Of a stretch of DNA of 64,000 bases, positions 1-8,780 are shown one piece after another; the first letter of the stretch is position 1; each line of letters starts with the position of its first letter. The notes under the pieces were generated by a model. That model worked only from the letters and a program-made list of their open reading frames with translations, had not been told where the DNA came from and did no database searches. The position numbers and the translations under genes were made by a program. Origin of the DNA: Candidatus Staskawiczbacteria bacterium (lineage in GTDB: Bacteria > Patescibacteriota > Minisyncoccia > Minisyncoccales > Staskawiczbacteraceae); assembly GCA_026395215.1 (NCBI GenBank), contig JAPLZC010000005.1:8392-72391 (forward strand), given 5' to 3'.

Positions 1-242
1 AAGACGGTCAACCTTCAGGTCGTACAATTAGGGAACAAGATTCTCAGAATATAATTTATCAGCTTACGCCCAACGGCGAAAGAGCTATTCGGGAGTTGTC
101 AGACATGCCAAAGAATCCCCTAAAGTCCTTAACGAAACGAGAGCTGAAACGAATGGGAGAAGAAGCAAGGGATGCAGAAAGTATAAGACGAAAAAATTTT
201 TCTGCATTTACGGATAAATTTCGTTTGTCAGAAAATGAATAA
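1..242 (+). CDS. 3' end of a window-truncated ORF, function unknown
   Basis: Frame is open from the window edge to TAA at 240-242 (..IYQLTPNGERAIRELSD..RLSENE*). A hairpin terminator follows. Confidence 0.4.
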   Translation, partial: DGQPSGRTIREQDSQNIIYQLTPNGERAIRELSDMPKNPLKSLTKRELKRMGEEARDAESIRRKNFSAFTDKFRLSENE

Positions 243-254
243 AAGATAATTTTA

Positions 255-286
255 AAAATCCGTAGAATAAAATTTGCGGATTTTTA
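255..286 (+). terminator. Rho-independent terminator
   Basis: AAATCCG...CGGATTT stem followed by a T-run. Confidence 0.6.
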
Positions 287-344
287 TTTGAAAATTTTGA
301 ATTGTAAATTCATAAAAGAAGTATATTTTTCCCCAAAAATTTTT

Positions 345-456
345 CCAGCTTCGGCGAGCGGGCAAAAAATGGAGGGGTTTTAGGGGAGGAAATTTTTTGC
401 CCGCGAGCCGATTTTTCGTTTCGTTTCTGCCCGCCCCCGCTTAGCGGGGGCGGGCA
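345..456 (+). repeat. GC-rich GA-hairpin repeat element, copy E1
   Basis: CGGCGAGCGGGCAAAAAAT (352-370) pairs with ATTTTTTGCCCGCGAGCCG (392-410) with a tandem G.A/A.G mismatch. A second perfect hairpin, TGCCCGCCCCCG-CTTAG-CGGGGGCGGGCA, lies at 428-456. Confidence 0.6.
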
Positions 457-557
457 ATTGTTTTTCTCACGAATTTTTGATAAAGTAAGTTCGAAGTTGT
501 AAATATACTCCAATAAAAACAGCCCAAAAAGATGGGCTGTTTTTTGATGACAAAGTA

Positions 558-586
558 TTGACAAGGGTGCCTTTTTGTGATAATAT
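558..586 (+). promoter_or_regulatory. Sigma70-type promoter
   Basis: TTGACA (558-563), 17 nt spacer, TAATAT (581-586), upstream of the 619 start. Confidence 0.6.
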
Positions 587-618
587 ACATACATACTTCC
601 GAAAGGGAGTTTTTCATT

Positions 619-1122
619 ATGAACAACATTATAAACACAATTAGGAAGACTGCTTTTGGTGAATTTAGCCACTTAATTGGCTCTATGTTTGCCGTTATTG
701 TCATAGGCGTTTGTTTGTTGGGGATATTAGTACCAAACAAAACAATTGCTGATTCTGACAGCGTGGTCAATGCTTCATACGTAGCCAAAAATACAAATGT
801 AGGAGAAAGCACACAAAAAGTAGTCAAGACAATTCAGTCTGTTATGACAGCCTATTCTAGTACTCCAGACCAAACAGATGATACCCCATTTATAACTGCG
901 TCTGGGAAAAGAGTAGCCGATGGCATAATTGCCAATAATGGACTGCCATTTGGTACAAAGGTAAGAATTCCTAAATTATTTGGAGATAAAATATTCATTG
1001 TCCAAGACAGAATGAACAGAAGAATGGGCAGCTCTAGATTTGACATTTGGATGCCAGACAGACAATCAGCCCTAAACTTTGGAGTCAAAAAAGTTGACAT
1101 AGAGGTTATAGAAGAAATTTAA
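619..1122 (+). CDS. 3D-domain (MltA/RlpA-like double-psi barrel) cell-wall protein with N-terminal TM anchor
   Basis: GGGAG Shine-Dalgarno sequence 8 nt before ATG 619. C-terminus reads TAYSSTPDQTDDTPFITASGKRV..GTKVRIP..IVQDRMNRR..FDIWM, typical of the 3D domain. Confidence 0.75.
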   Translation: MNNIINTIRKTAFGEFSHLIGSMFAVIVIGVCLLGILVPNKTIADSDSVVNASYVAKNTNVGESTQKVVKTIQSVMTAYSSTPDQTDDTPFITASGKRVADGIIANNGLPFGTKVRIPKLFGDKIFIVQDRMNRRMGSSRFDIWMPDRQSALNFGVKKVDIEVIEEI

Positions 1123-1135
1123 ACAATATTAAAAA

Positions 1136-1162
1136 ACACCGCACTTAACGCGGTGTTTTTTC
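1136..1162 (+). terminator. Rho-independent terminator
   Basis: ACACCGC-ACTTAAC-GCGGTGT stem-loop followed by TTTTTT. Confidence 0.7.
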
Positions 1163-1164
1163 TT

Positions 1165-1310
1165 GTGCCCAAGGCGGGAGTCCGCTTCGCTAGAACCCGT
1201 CGTCGCTCCGCTCCTCCTTCAAAACCCTCGGTTTTGAAAAATTCCTACACGGGAAGGAGTTCTCCTTCCCGACCCCTTCCTGGGTTCGACTCCCGTCCTA
1301 GTCATTAAAA
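1165..1310. repeat. tRNA-Leu 3'-end fragment plus inverted T-arm copy enclosing GC-rich hairpins
   Basis: GTGCCCAAGGCGGGAGTC (1165-1182) equals the 3' end of the tRNA-Leu at 1343-1362. GGGTTCGACTCCCG (about 1287-1300) is its inverted copy. An internal 9-bp hairpin reads CGGGAAGGA-GTT-CTCCTTCCCG. Confidence 0.5.
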
Positions 1311-1342
1311 AATACCCACAATAAATTGTGAGTATTTTCTAA

Positions 1343-1428
1343 TGGTGCCCAAGGCGGGAGTCGAACCCGCATGAACTTTCGCTCAAAGGATTTTAAGTCC
1401 TTCGTGTATACCATTCCACCACTTGGGC
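1343..1428 (-). tRNA. tRNA-Leu (anticodon TAA)
   Basis: Cloverleaf read by eye. Acceptor GCCCAAG/CTTGGGC, anticodon loop CTTAAAA, long variable arm, T-loop GGTTCGACTCC, CCA encoded. Confidence 0.85.
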
Positions 1429-1445
1429 ATGGCTTATTAACTTTG

Positions 1446-1517
1446 AGGCGCGGGTGAGAATCGCACTCACGTATACTTCTTTTGCAGAGAAGTGCATTAC
1501 TACTTTGCTACCGCGCC
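1446..1517 (-). tRNA. tRNA-Cys (anticodon GCA)
   Basis: Acceptor GGCGCGG/CCGCGCC, anticodon arm CTTCT-CTGCAAA-AGAAG, T-arm GTGAG-TGCGATT-CTCAC. Confidence 0.85.
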
Positions 1518-1533
1518 GTATTTTTTTATCTTA

Positions 1534-1911
1534 CTAATTTTTTTCTTCTTTTTCAATGCTCTCGACTTTATTGGTTTCTTCGTTAGCCCTGTATATAAGC
1601 TCTTCTATTTTGGCGGCTTTGGCGATTTCGGTTTCTTTAACAAACTTTATTTTGGGAATTGGACGCATTCTAAGTGTTCTGTTTATTTTATACTGTATAT
1701 CGTAAACTGATTTTTGTAAGGCGTTGATAATACCGTCAGCTTTGCTGTCCGGGAAAACAGAAATGTAACACTTTGCCTCAATTAAATTTCCGGTTGTTTC
1801 AACTCTTGTTAAAGTAACCAAGATTTCCGGTGAAAACGCAAAATCGCGAAGAAGTATCTTCCCCACTTCCTGCTGTAACAATGAATTTACTTTGTCTATT
1901 CTATCTGCCAT
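1534..1911 (-). CDS. rbfA: Ribosome-binding factor A
   Basis: 125 aa, MADRIDKVNSLLQQEVGKIL..VTLTRVETTGNL..AKCYISV. Lies directly downstream of infB. Confidence 0.9.
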   Translation of the reverse strand: MADRIDKVNSLLQQEVGKILLRDFAFSPEILVTLTRVETTGNLIEAKCYISVFPDSKADGIINALQKSVYDIQYKINRTLRMRPIPKIKFVKETEIAKAAKIEELIYRANEETNKVESIEKEEKN

Positions 1912-1915
1912 GTTT

Positions 1916-3436
1916 TTAGAGCTCGCCTTTTTTATGAGCCTCGGTGTATGCCACTAAAATATCTTTTGGTTCTATTTTTACATTACCTTCAAAAAGTATC
2001 CCCGCTTCATCACCCTTTCTGAGTAAATCAATATCTTTTTTATCTCTTTGCAAGTTAATAATTCTACCGGAACCAATCTTTTTCTCATCTCTAAAAACCT
2101 CCAATTTTAATCCTTTTTTCAGTTCGCCTTCTGTGATTTTTCCACCAACAATCTGTCTGGCTTTTTCTCCCCAAAAAACCAAAATTGTTCTCAATTTACC
2201 CACATCGGTTCTTACGGTTTCGGCCTCTAATGTTTTTTCTAATCCGGCTCTTACGTCTTGAATTAATTCGTAAATAATATCAAAAGTTTTAATTCTTATT
2301 CTTTTCTCTAAATCATTTCTCATAAACCTAACCACCGACGGACTAATTTTCACTCTAAATCCTATTATTGCAGCTTTTGACATTTCAGCCAATTTTGCAT
2401 CGGTTTCGTTTATCTCCCCCACTTCTGTTTTCAAAATTCTGATAATTGCTTTGTCTTGAGGTAAATTTTTTAACATACCCTCAATTGCTTCTAATGAGCC
2501 GAAAACATCTCCTTTTAGAATTATATTTAATGTTTTTTTAGTTGGGTCAGATTCTAAAACTGTTGAGCCCAAAGCTCTTTTAGGCTCTTCCATTTTTATT
2601 TGAGTAATTGCCTCTTCTGCTGTTTTATAGCTCTTAAATCTTTCCCCAACAGCAGGAACTTTATCAAAACCTAAAATAATAACCGGTTGTGAAGGAAAGG
2701 CCTGGTCAATTTGTTTTCCTTGAAAATCTTTTATTGATTTTACTTTTGCCATTGCCAAATCGGTTGCAATAATATCCTTGGATTTTAATATTCCTTTTGT
2801 TATTACTGCTGTAGCCACGGGACCTTGCGCCCCATCCATATATGACTCAATAATCAAACCTTCGGCGGGCACACTTATTTCAGATTTTAGTTCCTGCATA
2901 TCGGCAACCAGTAAAATAACCTCTAACAATTCCTCAATGCCTATTTTTTCTTTAGCCGAGACTTCAACACTTGGAATTGTTCCGCCATAAGACTCTACCA
3001 AAACATCCACCTTGGAAAGTTCTCCTTTTATTTTTGTAGGATTTGCAGTTGGCAGGTCAATTTTATTCAGCACAACAATCATTGGGATTTCAGCTCTTTT
3101 AATAGCCATTATTGCCTCTTTTGTCTGAGGTTGTACGCTTTGAGCCGCATCAACAACTAAAAGCGCAATATCGGCCACTTCAGCACCTCTGGCACGCATT
3201 GCAGAAAAGGCTTCGTGCCCCGGAGTATCAATAAAAGTAATTTTCTTGCCTTTTTCCTCAACCTCATAAGCTCCAATATGCTGAGTAATCCCGCCTGATT
3301 CTTTTGAAGTAATCTTAAAATCTCTAATTGCTTCCAACAGCGAACTTTTTCCATGATCAACATGCCCCAAAACCACCACCACCGGAGGACGTGTTGCCAA
3401 ATTTTGATTTGCTTGTTTCTGAACTTTCTTAGCCAT
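1916..3436 (-). CDS. infB: Translation initiation factor IF-2, short form without long N-terminal region
   Basis: G-domain motifs GHVDHGKSSLL, DTPGHEAF and NKID, followed by IF-2 domains II-IV. 506 aa. Confidence 0.95.
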   Translation of the reverse strand: MAKKVQKQANQNLATRPPVVVVLGHVDHGKSSLLEAIRDFKITSKESGGITQHIGAYEVEEKGKKITFIDTPGHEAFSAMRARGAEVADIALLVVDAAQSVQPQTKEAIMAIKRAEIPMIVVLNKIDLPTANPTKIKGELSKVDVLVESYGGTIPSVEVSAKEKIGIEELLEVILLVADMQELKSEISVPAEGLIIESYMDGAQGPVATAVITKGILKSKDIIATDLAMAKVKSIKDFQGKQIDQAFPSQPVIILGFDKVPAVGERFKSYKTAEEAITQIKMEEPKRALGSTVLESDPTKKTLNIILKGDVFGSLEAIEGMLKNLPQDKAIIRILKTEVGEINETDAKLAEMSKAAIIGFRVKISPSVVRFMRNDLEKRIRIKTFDIIYELIQDVRAGLEKTLEAETVRTDVGKLRTILVFWGEKARQIVGGKITEGELKKGLKLEVFRDEKKIGSGRIINLQRDKKDIDLLRKGDEAGILFEGNVKIEPKDILVAYTEAHKKGEL

Positions 3437-3560
3437 ACTTTAAATTATTCTAATTATTCTAATTGCTCTAATTATTCTAAATAATTTCTAATTTCTAATT
3501 CCTAAATGCAATTAGACATTTTATTTTTGGGATTTAATTAGGTTAATTAGAATAATTAGG
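3437..3560. repeat. AT-rich oligomer repeat array upstream of infB
   Basis: Multiple ATTATTCTAA / TTAGAATAAT units in inverted arrangement. An 18-nt unit AATTAGGTTAATTAGAAT occurs twice. Confidence 0.6.
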
Positions 3561-4046
3561 TTAATTAGAATAATTCGATTTCATTGCTTGATCTATTGCT
3601 TCAAGCTCTTCTTTAGACAGAGTATACTCTGATTTTCCATTTTTAACCGGCTTTGCAAAAACTCTGTTTCCTTCATTCACAAACAAACTGGAAATTACAA
3701 AACCATCATTTTTATCATCTAAAACAGCCACTGCAAAACTTTGTTTCCCCCCCGTTCCATTAACCGAGTCAAATCTAACAACCCCTATTTTCTGAACTGT
3801 TCTCTCTGAAATTTTGTCTAACTTATCTATTCTCAAAAATGCTTCTTTTAGTTGCTTTACCAAATCGTCATTTCTTTCCTTTTGATTCAAAAAAATATCT
3901 TTAAAATCCTTCACTTTCCCATTTTCCAGAAGCTTGTCTATTTTTTTATTAGCCTTTCGCGAATAAACAAACAAAAATACATTTATTACAACCAAAACCA
4001 GTCCAACAACCCCCACACATAAAAAAATAATCGCCTGATTAGACAT
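3561..4046 (-). CDS. DUF4446-family protein with N-terminal TM
   Basis: ..GVVRFDSVNGTGGKQSFAVAVLDDKNDGFVISSLFVNEGNRVFAKPV.. matches the DUF4446 pattern. ATG at 4046 is preferred over the TTG at 4064. Confidence 0.7.
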   Translation of the reverse strand: MSNQAIIFLCVGVVGLVLVVINVFLFVYSRKANKKIDKLLENGKVKDFKDIFLNQKERNDDLVKQLKEAFLRIDKLDKISERTVQKIGVVRFDSVNGTGGKQSFAVAVLDDKNDGFVISSLFVNEGNRVFAKPVKNGKSEYTLSKEELEAIDQAMKSNYSN

Positions 4047-4090
4047 ACGACTATAATACAACAAATTAGATAAATTTTCAACCTTTGCTT

Positions 4091-5128
4091 TTACTTGGCA
4101 GTTTTGCTAAGCGTGCTCCATATTTGGGGGTCTTCTACGCCTAGGACCCAGGCGGAAAAGCCTCGGAAATTATTTTGGTTTACAATATCCAATTTTCCTT
4201 CAAAAGTTTGTTTGTCTTGGTGCCAAACCTTGTATTCTTTATTTTCCCAAAAATATGAAAGCCAGGCTGATCCAAGGGCGCTGTCAAAACCTTCTTTGCA
4301 ATTGTAATTAGACTTAATATATAAAAGCCCGTCATATGTTCCGCTGGCTGTTACCTTTTTTGAAGTATCAGCGCACCAGCCCCAATTGTAAAGCGGTATT
4401 CCAAAAGACAGTTTTTCCGCCGGAATTTTATCTTTTACATAGTTAAGAACATCTGTAACAAATGGCACAGACGCAACCGGTCCGGTTGAATTTGGGTCGT
4501 CGTAAGTCATTAAACTAATAAAATCTACTGCTTTGGCCAGTCTGGCATAATCAAAAGCCCCCGACCAATTTTTATAAATATCTGTATCTTCAAAATCAAC
4601 ACTTCGCGATACTGCTGCCACGCTTAAAATTAAATTATTTTTATGAAGCAACTCTGCTGTTTTTTCAACAAACGCCGAATACAAATCTTTGTCCAAATAA
4701 TTTATATTTTCAAAATCAAACTGCCAGCCAATATAATTTTCTTTTTTGCCTTCAGCAACAAGCGCTGTTATAATTTCATTTTGGGCTTTGTTAGAAACCA
4801 GCAAATTATGCATTATATCCTGTCTAAAAGCATAGTTTGCGACCAACGGCATAACTTTAATATTTTTCTCTTTTATTATGGTTTTTAGTTTATTGTCGAG
4901 TCCACCGGTCAATTTTAATTTGGCTGAAACCCCATAAAATTGCGGAGCCAAAATATCAATTTTAGCTACATTTTCCTTCAAACTTTCAATACCCTCTTTT
5001 TCTTTTAATTCTGACATATAAAATATTTTCTCAACGCCCTGCTTATTTTCTACAGCCAAAACCGGGTATCCCAACGGATGCCCCAAAACAGCTGACAAAT
5101 AAAAAAGCGCTACCAAAATATTTAACAT
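4091..5128 (-). CDS. Glycoside hydrolase family 18-like protein, secreted
   Basis: Signal peptide. GWQFDFENI resembles the GH18 DxxDxDxE region, and ISLMTYD is a TIM-barrel strand. Confidence 0.7.
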   Translation of the reverse strand: MLNILVALFYLSAVLGHPLGYPVLAVENKQGVEKIFYMSELKEKEGIESLKENVAKIDILAPQFYGVSAKLKLTGGLDNKLKTIIKEKNIKVMPLVANYAFRQDIMHNLLVSNKAQNEIITALVAEGKKENYIGWQFDFENINYLDKDLYSAFVEKTAELLHKNNLILSVAAVSRSVDFEDTDIYKNWSGAFDYARLAKAVDFISLMTYDDPNSTGPVASVPFVTDVLNYVKDKIPAEKLSFGIPLYNWGWCADTSKKVTASGTYDGLLYIKSNYNCKEGFDSALGSAWLSYFWENKEYKVWHQDKQTFEGKLDIVNQNNFRGFSAWVLGVEDPQIWSTLSKTAK

Positions 5129-5166
5129 TTATTTATTATAACAAAAAATCGCGGTTTACGCGATTT

Positions 5167-6138
5167 TTATTTTAGGAACTTTTCTATAACAGCTTTTGTT
5201 TCTGCGGTATTTTTTACTTTCATAAGTTCATCTCTAAGTTCTTTGGCTCCCCGAAAATCTTTTGCGTAAGCATGAAAATGTTTTTTAATGCTGGCAAATT
5301 TTTTATGATAATTTTTTTCTTTCCTTTCTTCCTTGTGGCATTTATCAAATATTTTGGCGTGTTCTACAATTGCTTTTAGCTTTTCTGTAACGCTGGGAAC
5401 TTTACCGCCAAAAAACCACGGATCTCCCACAACTGCCCTGCCAACCATTATGCCATCTAATCCTTTTTCTTCTGCCAATTTTTTAGCCTCCTCTAAAGAT
5501 TTAACATCACCATTTCCCAAAAGCAAAGTTTTAGGAGAAATTTTATTTCTAAGTTCTACAATTTCTCTTGCCAGCTCCCAATGAGCTTTAGAAAAATACA
5601 ATTCATCTCTAGTTCTAAAATGCACAGTAATTACAGCCGGCTCTTCTTCTAAGATTACACCAATCCATTCTTTGACTTGAATTTTGTTATATCCAATTCT
5701 AGTTTTTACAGATACCGGCAATTTACCGGCCCCTTTTTTTGTTGCCCGAATAATTTCTTTTGCCAGCTGAAAATTTTTAATTAATGCCGCTCCCCCGCCC
5801 TTTTTTTCTATATTTATATCGGGGCATCCCATATTTATATCTATCCCATCAAAACCAAGTTCTGCCATAAGTTTTGCCGATCTTTCAAAATCAGCAAAAG
5901 TTGCCCCAAAAAGCTGAGCAACTATTGGTTTCTCTTTTGGTGAATGTTCTAAAATTTTAAGACAAAATTTTCTACCTCGTGAAAATAATCCTTCTGCAGA
6001 AACAAACTCTGTCCAAAAAACATCTGGTTGCCCGTATTTCAAAAACATGAGTCTAAACGCCTCATCCGTAACCCCCGACATTGGAGCTAAGGCCATAATT
6101 GGCTTTTTTAATTTTCCCCAAAACCCTAGTTGTATCAT
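5167..6138 (-). CDS. dus: tRNA-dihydrouridine synthase
   Basis: MALAPMSGVTDEAFR, DGIDINMGCP with catalytic Cys, and Dus-family length of 323 aa. Confidence 0.9.
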   Translation of the reverse strand: MIQLGFWGKLKKPIMALAPMSGVTDEAFRLMFLKYGQPDVFWTEFVSAEGLFSRGRKFCLKILEHSPKEKPIVAQLFGATFADFERSAKLMAELGFDGIDINMGCPDINIEKKGGGAALIKNFQLAKEIIRATKKGAGKLPVSVKTRIGYNKIQVKEWIGVILEEEPAVITVHFRTRDELYFSKAHWELAREIVELRNKISPKTLLLGNGDVKSLEEAKKLAEEKGLDGIMVGRAVVGDPWFFGGKVPSVTEKLKAIVEHAKIFDKCHKEERKEKNYHKKFASIKKHFHAYAKDFRGAKELRDELMKVKNTAETKAVIEKFLK

Positions 6139-7034
6139 ATAGAAAATTTTCCTACCTTTGTTCGTTTAATAGAAAAGGCTAGCGCTGGCACTTTTATCTT
6201 TTCTCCTAATGAATTTGCCAACCCGCGCACATACGTACCGCTTGTGCATTTTACCACAAAGTCGGCAATATAAAACACCTGAGATTTGTTTTTGCCTAAC
6301 AACTTTTCCTCCCAAATTTTTAAAATTTCTTTTTGTCTAAAATCCCCGCCTGCAGCGCTATGCGCAGCATTGCGGGCAGACCCGCTGACCAGCCCAATTC
6401 TCTTCTCAATATTTAAAAATAACTTGTCGCCTTTAATCTTTTTAATCTTCCCCAAAGTCAATCTCTTCACTAGAATATCTCTTTCTGGAATTTCCACGCT
6501 CTCCCCACTTCTTGCATAACTAAATAATGGTTTACCCTTTACCATTTTTGAAGAATAAATAGGATATTTTTGTTTTAACTTACCCCTAAAATATTTTAAA
6601 TTCTTTTTTATCATCTCCGCAATAAACTCAAAGCGAGGCAGTGTATCCGTAGCGTACCCTGCAGGCAATTTCGCATGGTCCCGCGAAGCGGGGAAATTGC
6701 CGAAGCCTGAGTGAGCCCGCGCTGGCGGGCGAACGCTAGCGAAGGATACACTGCCGAGCGAAGCATCAATGACTTTTCCTAAAATATCATACGTGTCCGT
6801 GCTAAATCCAAATAGTATGCTAAACTCGTACTCCTTATCTAGCGCCAAATACTTTTCTTTATTTTTTATTTCTGGCCCAGCCAACACAACTAAAACCCCA
6901 GATGCCATTGGATCTAATCTACCCGCATATGTCATAGGCACATTCAAATATTCAGGATTTTTTACCTTAAACCCCTCCACCGCACAAAGTGGAGTTTCCC
7001 CTTCCCTTTTATTGAGTACAATTACTTTTTTCAC
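6135..7034 (-). CDS. truB: tRNA pseudouridine synthase (TruB family) carrying two in-frame GC-rich hairpin insertions
   Basis: YAGRLDPMASGVLVV carries the catalytic Asp motif, and TDTYD and YSSKMVKGKPLFSYAR are also present. GTG at 7034 is chosen because the longer ORF would overlap tRNA-Ser. Confidence 0.8.
   Translation of the reverse strand: MKKVIVLNKREGETPLCAVEGFKVKNPEYLNVPMTYAGRLDPMASGVLVVLAGPEIKNKEKYLALDKEYEFSILFGFSTDTYDILGKVIDASLGSVSFASVRPPARAHSGFGNFPASRDHAKLPAGYATDTLPRFEFIAEMIKKNLKYFRGKLKQKYPIYSSKMVKGKPLFSYARSGESVEIPERDILVKRLTLGKIKKIKGDKLFLNIEKRIGLVSGSARNAAHSAAGGDFRQKEILKIWEEKLLGKNKSQVFYIADFVVKCTSGTYVRGLANSLGEKIKVPALAFSIKRTKVGKFSI
6632..6760 (+). repeat. GA-hairpin repeat element, copy E3, inside truB
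   Basis: AGCGAGGCAGTGTATCC...GGATACACTGCCGAGCG termini, inner stems TAGCGT/ACGCTA, GGCAATTTC/GAAATTGCC, CCCGC-GAA-GCGGG and GCCCGC-GCTG-GCGGGC. Length is 129 nt, or 43 codons. Confidence 0.75.
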
Positions 7035-7041
7035 AGATTTG

Positions 7042-7126
7042 CGGAGGAGGTGAGACTCGAACTCACGAATCCTGTAAAGGATTACGGTTTTCGAAACCGT
7101 TGCAATAGCCACTATGCGACTCCTCC
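7042..7126 (-). tRNA. tRNA-Ser (anticodon CGA)
   Basis: Acceptor GGAGGAG/CTCCTCC, anticodon arm ACGGT-TTCGAAA-ACCGT, long variable arm, T-arm GTGAG-TTCGAGT-CTCAC. Confidence 0.85.
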
Positions 7127-7204
7127 AATAAATTTATATTATCACACTTTTATACTCTTTTACTAAAAAACACCGCTTGGAGCGATGCTTTCTGAATTAT
7201 AAAA

Positions 7205-7618
7205 TTACGATTTGGCTTCGTTTTTTATTAGAATCTTGTGCCAGTCGTTGAAGTCGTAAATGTCGTGGGCAATTATTCCGCAAACTACTCCCACAAAAAA
7301 CCTTGGTAAATAAAAGAAATCTATAAACCAAACAAGCAATAACAACAATGCCCCTAAAATCCAGTGATGAAAGTGAATCTTATATTTACCGCAATCTATG
7401 AAAATACAGTCCACTTTGCCATTTTCAATCAAATATTTTGAAAATATTTTAGACCCTATATATCCAATAGCCAAACCAAGAGTCAAAAGAAAAGAGTAAT
7501 AAAAACCAACCACCAGCACGAATGCCGGCAGATATCTTCTTACTTTTGTTTTATTACTTTTTGCGAGCTCTATATCTATTAATTTGCTGTTAATGTCGTT
7601 TGGTTCTATATTTTCCAT
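7205..7618 (-). CDS. Integral membrane protein, unknown function
   Basis: 137 aa with 3-4 hydrophobic segments and AT-rich codon usage like the backbone. Confidence 0.5.
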   Translation of the reverse strand: MENIEPNDINSKLIDIELAKSNKTKVRRYLPAFVLVVGFYYSFLLTLGLAIGYIGSKIFSKYLIENGKVDCIFIDCGKYKIHFHHWILGALLLLLVWFIDFFYLPRFFVGVVCGIIAHDIYDFNDWHKILIKNEAKS

Positions 7619-7761
7619 ATTCCACTATTTTACCATCTACAGACCCCCCTGTCCAGACCTAAGCCCCATTTCCATCCCCAGCTAAAAAATGCAAAAAAAG
7701 ACCGAGAGTAGCATTGTGCCTACTCCCGGTATAACTGTCCCCTCAAGAAGGTTCAGTCCAT

Positions 7762-8748
7762 TCAGCCGCCGCCACCGACGGCTACGCTGGTACTGGCGGG
7801 TACCCATGTCTGCCGCACCTTGCCGGTCGAATCGGTGTAAACGACTCGGATGTTGCAGCTATTCTTGTCGAACCATCTATTTTGCCCCAGGGGAGCAAGG
7901 ATGGACTGTTCATCCACGTGAGTGGAATAACTGTAATATTCGACCTCGCCCAGGCTGCTATCCCAGTAGCTGAAGAAAACGACTACGCTTGTCCCGTTGG
8001 GTAGCGCGGTGTCTAGCTTGATGGAATAATTATCTTGAACTGGGTCGTATGCCCACCCGTCGAAGGTTACCGTGTCGTATGCCCAGGAGTTGTCCCCCGG
8101 ATACGACATCGCCGACATATGAGACACCGAGTTTTGGCTCGGATCCATACTGCCTGCCGGCAGGATCAACACATTCCCGAATGGAAATGAGGGATCCACG
8201 CTTACATTCCAGCCACCATGCCCATTCCAGGTAATATTCAATTCGTCCACCAACCAGGGCTGGTTGATACACACAATCCAGTAACCCGCGCTGAATTGCG
8301 CTTGGTTACCATTTACCCAGACGCCGTCAGTGGAAGCAGGTCCGTCAATTTTCAGACGTATATACCTGCTCTGGTATAAAGTTACCGGGAAGTCTTTCAT
8401 GTTCATCCCCGGTTGGAACTGAGACACTTTCCAGTCATAGGAATAAAACAATGGAAATCCGTTCCCATCGTTCCAGTACGCATACCCGCGGTACAGCCCC
8501 GGGCCAGGCGCGATGTCCATATTGAGGGACGCCACGCCGTCGGTAAAGTTAGCCGTACTGCTGTACGACCACGAACCGTCCTGGCTGTACATTTTAACCT
8601 GCAGTTTCTGAACTGCCAGGAGCGCGTTCAGCTCGTAAAGCTGTTTGCGCAAGTCGACACTAGGTGTTCCGGCCGCAAAGACCGGCTGTACCGAATTGAA
8701 GACCATCATCATCGTCGCCACCATCAGCATCATCATAATCCGTTTCAT
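7762..8748 (-). CDS. Secreted aromatic-rich protein, unknown function (GC-rich island A)
   Basis: Signal peptide MKRIMMMLMVATMMMVFNSVQPVFAAG. 328 aa, W/Y/G-rich, ends in GGGG. Hairpin plus T-run terminator at about 7694-7731. Confidence 0.6.
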   Translation of the reverse strand: MKRIMMMLMVATMMMVFNSVQPVFAAGTPSVDLRKQLYELNALLAVQKLQVKMYSQDGSWSYSSTANFTDGVASLNMDIAPGPGLYRGYAYWNDGNGFPLFYSYDWKVSQFQPGMNMKDFPVTLYQSRYIRLKIDGPASTDGVWVNGNQAQFSAGYWIVCINQPWLVDELNITWNGHGGWNVSVDPSFPFGNVLILPAGSMDPSQNSVSHMSAMSYPGDNSWAYDTVTFDGWAYDPVQDNYSIKLDTALPNGTSVVVFFSYWDSSLGEVEYYSYSTHVDEQSILAPLGQNRWFDKNSCNIRVVYTDSTGKVRQTWVPASTSVAVGGGG

Positions 8749-8780
8749 CTGAATCTCTCCTTGGTTTGTTTTTCCTACTG

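Noticed and set aside
310-827. Minus-strand ORFs 310-672 and 441-827
   Set aside because: They read through the GC-rich repeat E1 and through the promoter and 5' end of the plus-strand 3D-domain gene. Their sequence is low-complexity and there is no start context.
1165-1310. Region considered as an additional intron-containing or long-arm tRNA
   Set aside because: An acceptor pairing can only be forced with a mismatch over a 117-nt span. No credible D or anticodon arm was found by eye, so it is better explained as a tRNA fragment plus hairpins.
7035-7112. Longer truB start at 7112, and likewise 62701-62823 for the membrane protein and 59789-59812 for the DUF5671 protein
   Set aside because: The extensions overlap tRNA-Ser, tRNA-Pro or repeat sequence and rely on non-ATG starts. 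Internal starts give sensible N-termini.
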